A DNA stretch of 64,000 nucleotides from Oceanispirochaeta sp. (GTDB lineage: Bacteria; Spirochaetota; Spirochaetia; DSM-2461): the NCBI GenBank assembly GCA_963663385.2, contig CAXXXD010000003.1, forward strand, positions 1,585,649 to 1,649,648, written 5' to 3'. Shown here in pieces: positions 34,309 to 44,220 of the stretch. Each line of letters begins with the position of its first letter. The first letter of the stretch is position 1. The notes beneath the pieces were generated by a model. The model was given only the letters and a program-made list of their open reading frames with translations. It was not told the origin of the DNA and searched no databases. The position numbers were made by a program, and so were the translations under genes.

Positions 34309-35087
34309 TGAAGACAGTAATAATAAAAATCGGCGGTAAACCCGCTGAATCCCGGAAGGCGATAGAAGGACTTTCCCGGGAGATAAAACAGATGCAGGAC
34401 AAAGGTTCCTACCGTTTTATATTTGTACACGGCGGGGGGACGACTGTCTCGGCCATACAGAAACAGTATGGAATAGAGCCTGTTTTTGTTGACGGCAGGA
34501 GAAGGACTTCTGCCGGAGAAATGGATCTGGTCGATATGGGACTGGCGGGAAAAGTCAATAAATCCCTGGTGAGGACCTTTCATCTAAACGGTTTGAATGC
34601 AGTAGGTTTGTGCGGATCCGACGGGGGTACATTTCTTTCGGCAGACGCAGTGGGAAACGGTAGGGAGGAGAACAGAACCGGATCCATAATCCATACGGAT
34701 GACCGGCTGTTGAACCTTCTTCTGGACTCAGGCTATTTTCCTGTTGTCAGTTCCGTATGCAGTGATTCCTGCGGCAGGGGTATGAATATAAATGCCGACG
34801 AGGCAGCCCTTGCCATAGCCGGATCCCTTCAGGCCGAAAGTTTGATCTTTATTTCCGACATCCCCGGGATTATCATTAAGAAAGAAGTCCGCAGCAATAT
34901 GAATGAAGCGGAGATAGAAAAGTATATAGCCGAAGGAGATATTCAGGGCGGTATGATTCCTAAAGTCAGGTCTTCCCTGGCAGCATTACGAGGCGGTATC
35001 CGGCGGATTCAGATAACCAATTATGAAAAACAGGGTGATTTGAAACTGATTACGCGCGGAGAAAAAGGAACCACAATCGTACTTTAA
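34308..35087 (+). CDS. argB: Acetylglutamate kinase
   Basis: IKIGG, VHGGG, NINADEAA, GGMIPKV. Confidence 0.94.
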   Translation: MKTVIIKIGGKPAESRKAIEGLSREIKQMQDKGSYRFIFVHGGGTTVSAIQKQYGIEPVFVDGRRRTSAGEMDLVDMGLAGKVNKSLVRTFHLNGLNAVGLCGSDGGTFLSADAVGNGREENRTGSIIHTDDRLLNLLLDSGYFPVVSSVCSDSCGRGMNINADEAALAIAGSLQAESLIFISDIPGIIIKKEVRSNMNEAEIEKYIAEGDIQGGMIPKVRSSLAALRGGIRRIQITNYEKQGDLKLITRGEKGTTIVL

Positions 35088-35104
35088 GCATAGGAGATTA
35101 CTAC

Positions 35105-36319
35105 ATGAATGATACTTGTGACACGGCCATGATCAAAAATCCCCCTTTTCCAAAAAATTATGCAGATACCTTTCTGCAGATTGAAGGGGGCGAAGGGGTA
35201 TATTTATTTGATACAGCCGGTAAAAAATACCTGGATTTCGGTTCGGGGATTGCTGTAAACGCCCTTGGTTACGGCCGGGAAGACCTGGCTGAGATAGCGG
35301 CATCACAGATGAGGAAACTGATCCATATTTCCAATCTCTACACAACCGAGCCGGCGGTTAAGCTGGCGGAAGCTCTCACCGCCGCGGGTGATTTTGCGGC
35401 TGTTCATTTTGGAAACAGCGGCGCTGAGGCCAATGAAGCGGCTCTGAAATATGCCAGGCTCTATTCGCTCACAAGAAAGGGAGAAGGCCACCATAAATTC
35501 CTTTCCTTCTCAAACGGATTCCACGGCCGGACAATGGGAGCCCTCAGCGTTACGGCAACCGAAAAATATAAAAAACCTTTTACCCCCCTGCTGCCTGGAT
35601 GTGATGTGATCGACTATAACAGCGTGGAACAGCTCAGGGAATTAAAAAACCCTGACGAATATGCCGCCGTGATAGTGGAGGTTGTTCAGGGAGAGGGAGG
35701 TCTTGTATCCCTATCCGATGAGATGGTCCGGGAACTGAACAGCTTCTGCGCTGAAAATGACGTGCTTCTTATTGCGGATGAAATACAGACAGGAGTGGGC
35801 AGAACAGGATCTGTGTTCGCTTCAGCCGGAGCCGGGCTGAAGGCTGACATTATAACCCTTTCAAAACCTCTGGCGGCCGGACTGCCCCTATCCGCCACAC
35901 TGATCCCTTCCAGAGTCAACGATCTGCTGAAGCCCGGTGATCACGGGACAACCTTCGGAGGGGGACCTGTAACAACAGCTGTTGCCTTTAAAATCTGGGA
36001 GATCCTGACAGATCCGGCTTTTCTGCAGTCTGTTAATGAAAAAAGTTCCATTCTCAGAAAGCTTCTGCAGGAAGAACTGGAAAAACAGGGGCTTAAGGGG
36101 GAAATCCGCGGGAAAGGCCTTTTATGCGGACTGGTTCTTGATGTGATAACAGCCGAGAAAATCCCCGTACTGCTTAATGCCTGCCGGGAAAAAGGGCTTC
36201 TGCTTCTGCGTTCCGGCAGTAATGTCATCAGGATGGCCCCCCCTCTCATTATAAATGAAAAAGAACTCCGGGAAGGAGTCAATATACTTTTTAATACAAT
36301 CAAGGAGATTGAAAAATGA
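35105..36319 (+). CDS. argD: Acetylornithine aminotransferase
   Basis: SGAEANEAALK, FHGRTMG, QGEGG, ADEIQTG, HGTTFGG; arg operon context. Confidence 0.92.
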   Translation: MNDTCDTAMIKNPPFPKNYADTFLQIEGGEGVYLFDTAGKKYLDFGSGIAVNALGYGREDLAEIAASQMRKLIHISNLYTTEPAVKLAEALTAAGDFAAVHFGNSGAEANEAALKYARLYSLTRKGEGHHKFLSFSNGFHGRTMGALSVTATEKYKKPFTPLLPGCDVIDYNSVEQLRELKNPDEYAAVIVEVVQGEGGLVSLSDEMVRELNSFCAENDVLLIADEIQTGVGRTGSVFASAGAGLKADIITLSKPLAAGLPLSATLIPSRVNDLLKPGDHGTTFGGGPVTTAVAFKIWEILTDPAFLQSVNEKSSILRKLLQEELEKQGLKGEIRGKGLLCGLVLDVITAEKIPVLLNACREKGLLLLRSGSNVIRMAPPLIINEKELREGVNILFNTIKEIEK

Positions 36320-37590
36320 AAGACAATAACATTAAGAAAATCGCCCTGGCCTACTCCGGAGGACTGGATACATCCATAATCATCCCCTGGCTGAAGGAAA
36401 ACTATAACAATGCGGAAATTATCGCAATTTGTACCAATGTAGGACAGGATGAAGACTGGGACGGAATGGAACAGAAAGCCCTGAATGCGGGGGCTTCCAA
36501 ATACTTTCTGGCAGACCTGAGAGAAGAACTGACTACCGATTACATTTACCCCATGGTAAGGGCCGGAGCCATTTACGAAGGCCACTACCTTATGGGAACA
36601 TCCATAGCCAGACCGCTGCAGGCAAAATATCAGGTGGATATAGCCCTTCAGGAAGGCTGTGACGCCCTCTGTCACGGGTGTACGGGAAAGGGAAATGATC
36701 AGGTTCGTTTCGAATTGACCTATAAAGCTCTGGCTCCCCACCTGAAAGTAATCGCCCCCTGGAGAATCTGGGACATCAGATCCAGAGAAGATGCCATTGA
36801 GTTTGCGGAGAAACGCGGCATCAACCTGGGAAACATCTCAAAAAAGAATATTTATTCCAGAGACTGGAATATCTGGCATATGAGTCATGAGGGAGGCGAT
36901 CTGGAAGATCCCTGGAACAGACCTCAGGATCCCATGTTCCAGCTGACGAAATCTCCCAGGGAAGCTCCGGATGAAGAAACGGAAGTGATTATAGACTTTG
37001 AAAAAGGTATCCCCGTTGGTATCAACGGGAATAAGATGGAGGCTTACAAGCTGCTCCAGGAACTGAACAAACTGGCTTCCGTGAACGGAATCGGCCGGGT
37101 GGACATTGTTGAGACCAGACTGGTGGGGATGAAGAGCCGCGGTGTATACGAAACTCCTGCGGGGACACTCCTGCACATAGCTCTGAGAGACCTGGAGATG
37201 TTTACCATCAATAACGATGCCCTGCATATGAAACACAAACTGGCTATCGATTATGCAGACCTTCTTTATGCGGGAAAGTGGTACACAACAGCCCGGTATG
37301 CCCTGGAAGAGTTCATGAAAAAAACCACCGAATACACAACCGGATCGGTCAGACTGATACTCTATAAGGGCAGCGCCACTGTAGCAGGAAGAAAATCTCC
37401 CTACGCCCTCTATCTGGAAGACCTGGCGTCCTTCGGTGAGTCCAGCTACGATCACCACGATGCGGAAGGATTTATCAACCTCTATGGTCTGTCCACCGGT
37501 GTCACGGCAATGGTTCAGAAAAAACTGCAGGATGATTCCGGGCAGGCTGTGGAAATCAAGGCAACCGCGGCATCTTTCCATGACAAATAA
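36316..37590 (+). CDS. argG: Argininosuccinate synthase
   Basis: LAYSGGLDTS, HGCTGKGNDQVRFE, KSRGVYETP. Confidence 0.97.
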   Translation: MKDNNIKKIALAYSGGLDTSIIIPWLKENYNNAEIIAICTNVGQDEDWDGMEQKALNAGASKYFLADLREELTTDYIYPMVRAGAIYEGHYLMGTSIARPLQAKYQVDIALQEGCDALCHGCTGKGNDQVRFELTYKALAPHLKVIAPWRIWDIRSREDAIEFAEKRGINLGNISKKNIYSRDWNIWHMSHEGGDLEDPWNRPQDPMFQLTKSPREAPDEETEVIIDFEKGIPVGINGNKMEAYKLLQELNKLASVNGIGRVDIVETRLVGMKSRGVYETPAGTLLHIALRDLEMFTINNDALHMKHKLAIDYADLLYAGKWYTTARYALEEFMKKTTEYTTGSVRLILYKGSATVAGRKSPYALYLEDLASFGESSYDHHDAEGFINLYGLSTGVTAMVQKKLQDDSGQAVEIKATAASFHDK

Positions 37591-37619
37591 GTTTTTACCA
37601 TAAAAATATTTACAAGTAT

Positions 37620-37649
37620 AAAAAACCTGCCCTTTCGGGCAGGTTTTTT
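37620..37649 (+). terminator. Intrinsic terminator of the arg operon
   Basis: AAAAACCTGCCC-tttc-GGGCAGGTTTTT. Confidence 0.9.
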
Positions 37650-37796
37650 ATACACATACAGTGGGAACGGGATTTAAACCCGGAATTAATGAAACCCGTT
37701 TATTGTCTCCCCTTTGGGGAGATTGAGAGGGGCCTGGTATTGAAATTCCGGCAGTATTCCGCCTATGATGAAACATAAAATAGATGGAGGAATAAT

Positions 37797-39374
37797 ATGT
37801 CTCTTGAATATAAAAACCTTGATAAGACAGCAGCTTTTACCAGTCTCAAAGAAAAAAATGAAAAGGTGTCCCTTAAGGATCTTCTTACGGCAGATCGTAT
37901 CAGAGAGTGCCGGATACCTGCAGGAGGCGGCCTGGAATACAATTACGCAGCCAAAAGCGTAAACGATTCCCTGTTGTCCGCTCTCCAGGCTTTAGCTGAG
38001 GAGCAGCAAATAATTGAAAAGTATAAAGAGCTTCTTAACGGGGCATTTGTAAATACAGGGGAAAACAGAATGGTCCTGCATCAGCTTACACGCGGACAAC
38101 AGGGCATGGATGTTCTTTTTGAAGGAAAGAATCAGAGGGAGTTCTACACTTCCCAGCTTGACCGGATCAGGTCCTTTGTTAAAGACATACACAGCGGAAA
38201 AATCAAAGGTTCAACCGGCAAGGTATTTGATACGGTAGTACAGATCGGAATCGGCGGTTCCGACCTGGGCCCCAGAGCCCTCTACCTTGCTCTGGAGAAT
38301 CTCTGTGAATCTTTCATGAAGGCCCATTTCATCTCCAACGTTGACCCCGACGATGCCAATGCGGTACTGTCCGGCCTGAATCTTGAAACCTCCCTGTTTA
38401 TCCTGGTTTCAAAAAGCGGAACAACCCAGGAAACACTGGCAAACAGGAATTTTGTCATTGAAAAAACAAAACAGGCCGGGATCAGGGGCTTCAACCCTGC
38501 CGTCCACATGATTGCCGTAACAAGCGAAACCAGCCCTCTTGCGGGATCTCCCGACGTTCTGGATTCCTTCTATATGGATGATTTTATCGGCGGACGCTAC
38601 TCTTCAACCAGCGCCGTTGGCGGAGCTGTTCTGTCTCTGGCTTTCGGAACCGAAGTATTCGAGGAGATCCTGAAGGGAGCCGCAGAGGCCGACAAGCTGG
38701 CTCTGAATCCTGAGATGAAGATGAATGCTTCCATGATGGATGCCATGATCGGTGTTTATGAAAGGAATATTCTCGGATTTCCCTCAACCGCCGTACTGCC
38801 CTACAGCCAGGCCCTTTCCCGCTTCCCCGCGCATCTGCAGCAGATGGATATGGAAAGCAATGGTAAATCTGTCAACCGCGCAGGAGAGGCTGTTGACTAT
38901 GCGACAGGCCCGGTAATATTCGGGGAACCCGGAACAAACGGACAGCATTCTTTTTACCAGCTCCTGCATCAGGGAACCGATATCATACCCCTTCAGTTTA
39001 TCGGATTCCGTAACGCTCAGATTGCGTCGGATCTGGACTATGAGGGATCAACCAGCCAGCAGAAACTGAAAGCGAATCTTGTCGCACAGATTGTTGCTTT
39101 TGCCAAAGGAAAAGACGACAGCAACCCCAACAAGAACTTTGCCGGAGAGCGTCCTTCTTCCGTCATTACAGGTGATCAGCTGACACCGGCGGCGCTGGGA
39201 GCGCTGCTGGCACACTTTGAGAATAAAGTAATGTTTCAGGGTTTTATCTGGAATTTAAATTCCTTTGACCAGGAAGGTGTTCAGCTGGGCAAGGTGCTGG
39301 CCGGCAAGGTGCTGGCCGGCGGCGAGGATATGGATCCCGTTCTGAAGGCCTACACGGATCTTCTTTCCATATAG
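37797..39374 (+). CDS. pgi: Glucose-6-phosphate isomerase
   Basis: IGIGGSDLGP, SKSGTTQET, GGRYS, MESNGK, FDQEGVQLGK. Confidence 0.97.
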   Translation: MSLEYKNLDKTAAFTSLKEKNEKVSLKDLLTADRIRECRIPAGGGLEYNYAAKSVNDSLLSALQALAEEQQIIEKYKELLNGAFVNTGENRMVLHQLTRGQQGMDVLFEGKNQREFYTSQLDRIRSFVKDIHSGKIKGSTGKVFDTVVQIGIGGSDLGPRALYLALENLCESFMKAHFISNVDPDDANAVLSGLNLETSLFILVSKSGTTQETLANRNFVIEKTKQAGIRGFNPAVHMIAVTSETSPLAGSPDVLDSFYMDDFIGGRYSSTSAVGGAVLSLAFGTEVFEEILKGAAEADKLALNPEMKMNASMMDAMIGVYERNILGFPSTAVLPYSQALSRFPAHLQQMDMESNGKSVNRAGEAVDYATGPVIFGEPGTNGQHSFYQLLHQGTDIIPLQFIGFRNAQIASDLDYEGSTSQQKLKANLVAQIVAFAKGKDDSNPNKNFAGERPSSVITGDQLTPAALGALLAHFENKVMFQGFIWNLNSFDQEGVQLGKVLAGKVLAGGEDMDPVLKAYTDLLSI

Positions 39375-39399
39375 ACCTTTTTTCTTTAGAGTTTATTAA

Positions 39400-39439
39400 A
39401 GCAGGATGACAAGGAAGACAGTCATCCTGCTATTTTTTT
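39400..39439 (+). terminator. Intrinsic terminator downstream of pgi
   Basis: AGCAGGATGAC/GTCATCCTGCT stem followed by a T-run. Confidence 0.85.
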
Positions 39440-39540
39440 ACAGAAATCAATGGATTGTTTCATACCCGGGAAATACAGGTAACAGGAAAAAAAGGACCGG
39501 AGGAATATTTATGTGATCCTTCGGCCCCCCTTTGAAGGCT

Positions 39541-40314
39541 CTACTCTTTCCAGGGAAAAATCGTCCCTTTCAGGGTTCGTTTCCCGATTTTTTCCCTTTC
39601 TTCCCTTAACAGGGCATTCCAGGGAATTTTTTTTCTGTCCGCATCAGGAGTCTCTTCCAGATAATCATATTTCATCATCAACAGCTTCATTCCGCTCTCC
39701 AGAAGCACCAGGATCCCGCCGATACCTGGCAGGATAAAGGCCAGAACAATAGACAGGGCGGCATTAAACACCAGTCCGATTAAGAGAAACAGGGCAACAG
39801 CCGTATTATCAAAAAGAAGGATAAAGCATTTTTTCAGTATCTTCCGGACATCCCTGTCAAGGCTGTTCAGAACGGGGAAAAAGTAAACGGATCCCAGACT
39901 GACCAATACAAAGATCCAGAAAAGGAATGCCATCCCGATCAGTCCCATCATATTGCCGATCTGACTATAAAACCTGAAACCGATAAAACAGACAAAGTAA
40001 AAAGCCAGGGCCGCCGCTCCGAAAAAGAGACTCTGCTTCCAGGTTTCCTTTATATAGCGTACAATATCCTTAATTTCAGGAGAAGTATAATAGATCAGAT
40101 CTTTTATATACCGGGAGGCTCCCCCGATATAGATAAAAATAGCCAGAACCCCCGCTACAAGAACAGCCATACTAAGTAAGGGAATTCCGACTAGCCATTG
40201 GGGAACAAATATCGGGATAATCAGCAGCACGATCATACCTAGGTTGACAAGAAGAATCCTTCCCATATTATCCCAGGTATCCCAGAATGCCTTTTTAAAT
40301 AAAAAACCAATCAA
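39541..40314 (-). CDS. Integral membrane protein (DUF624/YesL-like)
   Basis: Five to six TM segments; TTG start after a GGAG RBS. Confidence 0.65.
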   Translation of the reverse strand: MIGFLFKKAFWDTWDNMGRILLVNLGMIVLLIIPIFVPQWLVGIPLLSMAVLVAGVLAIFIYIGGASRYIKDLIYYTSPEIKDIVRYIKETWKQSLFFGAAALAFYFVCFIGFRFYSQIGNMMGLIGMAFLFWIFVLVSLGSVYFFPVLNSLDRDVRKILKKCFILLFDNTAVALFLLIGLVFNAALSIVLAFILPGIGGILVLLESGMKLLMMKYDYLEETPDADRKKIPWNALLREEREKIGKRTLKGTIFPWKE

Positions 40315-40361
40315 AATCAGTCTCCTTAATATTTATTTTATAAATGTACCAAACAAAACTA

Positions 40362-42488
40362 CTAATTTAAACCTTTCATGGAAAGGGAAATCCTTTTACG
40401 TTTCAAATCTACCTCCAGAACACGGACTTCCACTTTCTGGCCGACTTTTACAATCTCCGAGGGATCATTAACAAAACGGTCCGCCAGTTGGGATATATGA
40501 ACCAGACCGTCCTGGTGTACTCCGATATCCACAAAAGCACCAAAAGCAGTCACATTCGTCACAATCCCGGGAAGAACCATCTCCTCTGCCAGATCTTCCG
40601 GCGTTTCCACATCTTCAGAGAATTCAAAAACAGAGAAGGATTCTCTCGGATCCCTTCCCGGCTGTTTCAATTCATTAAGGATATCCTGGATTGTCTCCTT
40701 CCCGCAATCGCCGCTGATATAATCCTGCCATTTAAGATTTTTCAATCCGGCAGATTCATGAATAAGCTCACTCAGTTTTACGCCCAGGTCGCTGGCAAAG
40801 CGGGCAACCAGAGCATACCGTTCCGGATGGATACCCGTGTTATCCAGCGGATTCTCGCCGTTTCGTATACGCAGAAATCCCGATGCCTGTTCAAAAGCCT
40901 TAGCGCCTACACCTTTGACTTGTAAAAGCTCCTTCCTGTTTTTAAAGGGACCGTTTATTTCCCTGTGGGCAACAATGGAAGCGGCAGATTTTCTGTTTAG
41001 CCCGGAAACGTAGGATAACAGCTGAACACTTGCGGTATTCAGCTCCACCCCGACTTTATTTACACAATTAACAACGACCACATCCAGGGCGTCCTTCAAG
41101 GATTTCTGGTCCACATCATGCTGATATTGACCGACACCTATGGCACAGGGATCAATTTTAACCAGCTCTGCCAGAGGATCCATCAGCCTGCGGCCTATTG
41201 AAACAGCTCCCCTGACCGTTATATCATGGTTGGGGAATTCTTCTCTGGCTGCTTCCGAAGCCGAATAGACAGATGCCCCGCTCTCACTGACCATAATGAC
41301 CGGTATGTCCTGCAGACAGCCAAGATTCCGGCAAAAAGATAGAATCTCCCTTCCCCCGGTTCCATTTCCGGTTGCCACAGCCTGGATTTTATACTTTTTG
41401 ACAAGACCGGCTATCCTGGTTCCGGCCTCTTCTGTTTTATTATAGGGAGCAAGCGGATAGATAACATCATTGTACAGAAGATCTCCCTGCGCATTAAGAC
41501 AGACAATCTTGCATCCGGTTCTTAATCCCGGGTCAACAGCCAGAATGTTTTTCTGTCCCAGAGGAGCATCCATCAGAAGCTCCTTCAGATTCTCCGAAAA
41601 GATCCTGATGGCCTCTGTATCGGCAGACTCTTTAAGACTTTTCCGGGTTTCGGTTTCAAGGGACGGAGCCAGGAGTCTTTTGTAGGAATCCTGCATCACC
41701 TCCTCCACAAGTTTATGCCAGCGGGAAGCATCCAGACCGCTCTCTCTTTCCAGACGACTAAGGGCTGTCTGCTCTTCCGGTTTTATTTTAACCCTGAGTA
41801 CACCCTCATTCATACCACGGTACATAGCCAGGATCCGGTGAGAAGGAATACGGTCAACCGACTCGCTCCAGTCAAAATAATCACGGAATTTCTGTCCCTC
41901 CTCCTCTTTTCCTTTAATTATGGAGGACTGAAACCGGGAACGATTTCTGAAGAGCTGGCGTAAAGTCTCCCGTACGGCTCGGTTTTCATTTATTTCTTCT
42001 GCCAGTATATCCGAGGCGCCGGAGAGAGCTTCTTCCCAGCTTCCGGCCTGGTTTTCAGATCCGAAATATGCGGATTTTTCTATTTTATCCAGGGGCGTAT
42101 TTTTTCTGATAAGATCGGCAAGGGGTTGAAGCCCCTTCTCTCGGGCTGCCATGCCTCTTGTTTTTTTGCGCGGCTTATACGGCAGATAGAGATCTTCCAG
42201 AGCTGTACTGTCCTGAATAGACATAATCTGTCTTTTCAATTCATCCGTCAGTTTACCCTGGGATTCTATTGTTTTCAGGATTGTCTGTTTCCGCTTTTCC
42301 ATTTCCCGGAGCTTTTCAGCCGTTTCCAGGACATTCCTGATCTGGACTTCATCAAGATTTCCCGTTCTTTCTTTTCTGTAACGGGCCATAAAGGGAACCG
42401 TAGCCCCTTCGTCAGCCATCTTCAGGATTTCATTAACCGATTCTTTACGAAGACCAAGATCTTCTGCTGTTTTGATTACTAGATTCAT
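40362..42488 (-). CDS. tex: Tex-family RNA-binding transcriptional accessory protein
   Basis: GATVPFMARYRKE, DPGLRTGCK, IGVGQYQHDV, C-terminal S1 domain. Confidence 0.95.
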   Translation of the reverse strand: MNLVIKTAEDLGLRKESVNEILKMADEGATVPFMARYRKERTGNLDEVQIRNVLETAEKLREMEKRKQTILKTIESQGKLTDELKRQIMSIQDSTALEDLYLPYKPRKKTRGMAAREKGLQPLADLIRKNTPLDKIEKSAYFGSENQAGSWEEALSGASDILAEEINENRAVRETLRQLFRNRSRFQSSIIKGKEEEGQKFRDYFDWSESVDRIPSHRILAMYRGMNEGVLRVKIKPEEQTALSRLERESGLDASRWHKLVEEVMQDSYKRLLAPSLETETRKSLKESADTEAIRIFSENLKELLMDAPLGQKNILAVDPGLRTGCKIVCLNAQGDLLYNDVIYPLAPYNKTEEAGTRIAGLVKKYKIQAVATGNGTGGREILSFCRNLGCLQDIPVIMVSESGASVYSASEAAREEFPNHDITVRGAVSIGRRLMDPLAELVKIDPCAIGVGQYQHDVDQKSLKDALDVVVVNCVNKVGVELNTASVQLLSYVSGLNRKSAASIVAHREINGPFKNRKELLQVKGVGAKAFEQASGFLRIRNGENPLDNTGIHPERYALVARFASDLGVKLSELIHESAGLKNLKWQDYISGDCGKETIQDILNELKQPGRDPRESFSVFEFSEDVETPEDLAEEMVLPGIVTNVTAFGAFVDIGVHQDGLVHISQLADRFVNDPSEIVKVGQKVEVRVLEVDLKRKRISLSMKGLN

Positions 42489-42507
42489 ACCTCACAGTAT
42501 ATCAGGA

Positions 42508-42930
42508 TTATCGATCCCATTGAAGGTAAATTTCGGATCCTTCCTTACGGATTATCAGGGTTTCGCTCCACCGGCTCGTCCCCCCCGGATAAACGGAACG
42601 GATTCTGAGGAACACCATTTCCGATTTCACATTGGAAAGAGAAAATGTATTCCCCCGCAACGTCCAGTTCTGAAGAGAAGAGTTAAAATCCGCTTTATCC
42701 GATACCTGCACCTCGTAACTCCTGGCTCCCTTGACTTCTTCCCAGCTCAGCAATACCGGCAGAGTGGCCCGGGAGGACTCCAGAAGGATTTTCGGCCGTG
42801 ACATATATAAAGGTTCATCATTCAATGACCGGGGGGACTCTACTGCTGTTCTGCAGGAAAAAAACAGACATGTGATCATAAAAGAAAGTATAGCTATTTT
42901 GACATTTTTAAACATTTTGTAATTAAACAT
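42508..42930 (-). CDS. Putative lipoprotein with an FN3-like domain
   Basis: Spirochaete-type lipobox LFFSC; LSWEEVKGARSYEVQVS...SRWSE resembles FN3. Confidence 0.6.
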   Translation of the reverse strand: MFNYKMFKNVKIAILSFMITCLFFSCRTAVESPRSLNDEPLYMSRPKILLESSRATLPVLLSWEEVKGARSYEVQVSDKADFNSSLQNWTLRGNTFSLSNVKSEMVFLRIRSVYPGGTSRWSETLIIRKEGSEIYLQWDR

Positions 42931-43085
42931 TCTCTACCTGAAAATAAAAATTTTCAGACAATATAATCCTTTTATAACGAGGCTGTAAAGGTCTGACCTG
43001 AAAGACAATTTTGTAATTAAACTTGACATGTTATTTAAGTAAACGTATCGTATAATTCAGAATATAGAAACCCTAAGGAGAAATT

Positions 43086-44129
43086 ATGAAAAAACTGTCG
43101 ATTCTTTTTATCGCTTTTTTCTGCCTTGCTTCCTTCGCTTTTGCCGGCGGACAGCAGGAATCAGCCGGTACAGATAGCGCTGCCGCTGTAGAAAAAAAGA
43201 TGTCTATTACAATGGTTACCGATGTCGGAGGAGTTAACGACCAGTCTTTTAACCAGTCCGCATGGGAAGGTCTCCAGAAAGTAGGAGACGATCTTGGAGT
43301 AAACGTATCCTACAAAGAATCAAAACAGAATGCCGACTATGCTCCTAATATGGAAACTGCCGTTGACGGTGATAATGATCTTATCTGGGCTATCGGTTTC
43401 ATGATGGCAGATGCTATTCTCGAAGCGGCTCAGAACAACCCTGAACAGAACTTTGCTATTATCGACAGCGCATTCGAAAATACTCCCTCAAACCTGGTTG
43501 GTGTTGTATTTGAAGCAGAACAGTGTTCCTACCTGGTTGGTTATATTGCCGGTAAAATGTCTCAGACCGGAAAAGTCGGTTTTATCGGCGGAATCGAATT
43601 CTTCCTGATTCAGGAGTTTGAATATGGTTTCAAGGCCGGTGTAAAACAGGCTGGAGCGGATATCGAAATTCTGACACAGTATGCTGAATCCTTCACTGAT
43701 GCTGCCAAAGGTAAATCCATTGCCAACAGTATGTATCAGCAGGGTGCGGACATCATTTTCCATGCTGCCGGCGGTGTTGGAAACGGTCTGATCGAAGCTG
43801 CCAAAGAGCAGGGTAAATGGGCGATCGGTGTTGACAGAGACCAGAACGACCTGGCTCCCGACAACGTTCTGACCTCTGCCATGAAAAGAGTTGACAACGG
43901 TATCTACAATCTGTCCAAAGACCTGGTAGACGGAAAATTCCCCGGAGGATCTACTGTTTCCTACGGTCTGGCCGAAGGCGGTGTAGGAATTGCACCCACC
44001 AGTGCAAAACATGTTCCCGCGGACATCCTTGCAGAAGTTGAAAAGCTCGAGAAGCTGATCATTGATGGTGCATTTGTTGTTCCCAATACAGCAGAAACCT
44101 ACGAAGCTTATACTCCTGTAAAACTTTAA
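43086..44129 (+). CDS. BMP-family ABC transporter substrate-binding protein (nucleoside-type)
   Basis: DVGGVNDQSFNQSAWEG, GADIIFHAAG, IGVDRDQ, TSAMKRVD. Confidence 0.93.
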   Translation: MKKLSILFIAFFCLASFAFAGGQQESAGTDSAAAVEKKMSITMVTDVGGVNDQSFNQSAWEGLQKVGDDLGVNVSYKESKQNADYAPNMETAVDGDNDLIWAIGFMMADAILEAAQNNPEQNFAIIDSAFENTPSNLVGVVFEAEQCSYLVGYIAGKMSQTGKVGFIGGIEFFLIQEFEYGFKAGVKQAGADIEILTQYAESFTDAAKGKSIANSMYQQGADIIFHAAGGVGNGLIEAAKEQGKWAIGVDRDQNDLAPDNVLTSAMKRVDNGIYNLSKDLVDGKFPGGSTVSYGLAEGGVGIAPTSAKHVPADILAEVEKLEKLIIDGAFVVPNTAETYEAYTPVKL

Positions 44130-44220
44130 TTACAGGAAATATAATTATTTAACAAAAAAGGGGCGCCCTGTAAGTCATCTTATCGGGCAGCCCCTTAATT
44201 TATCTATCCGGAGGGGCTCT

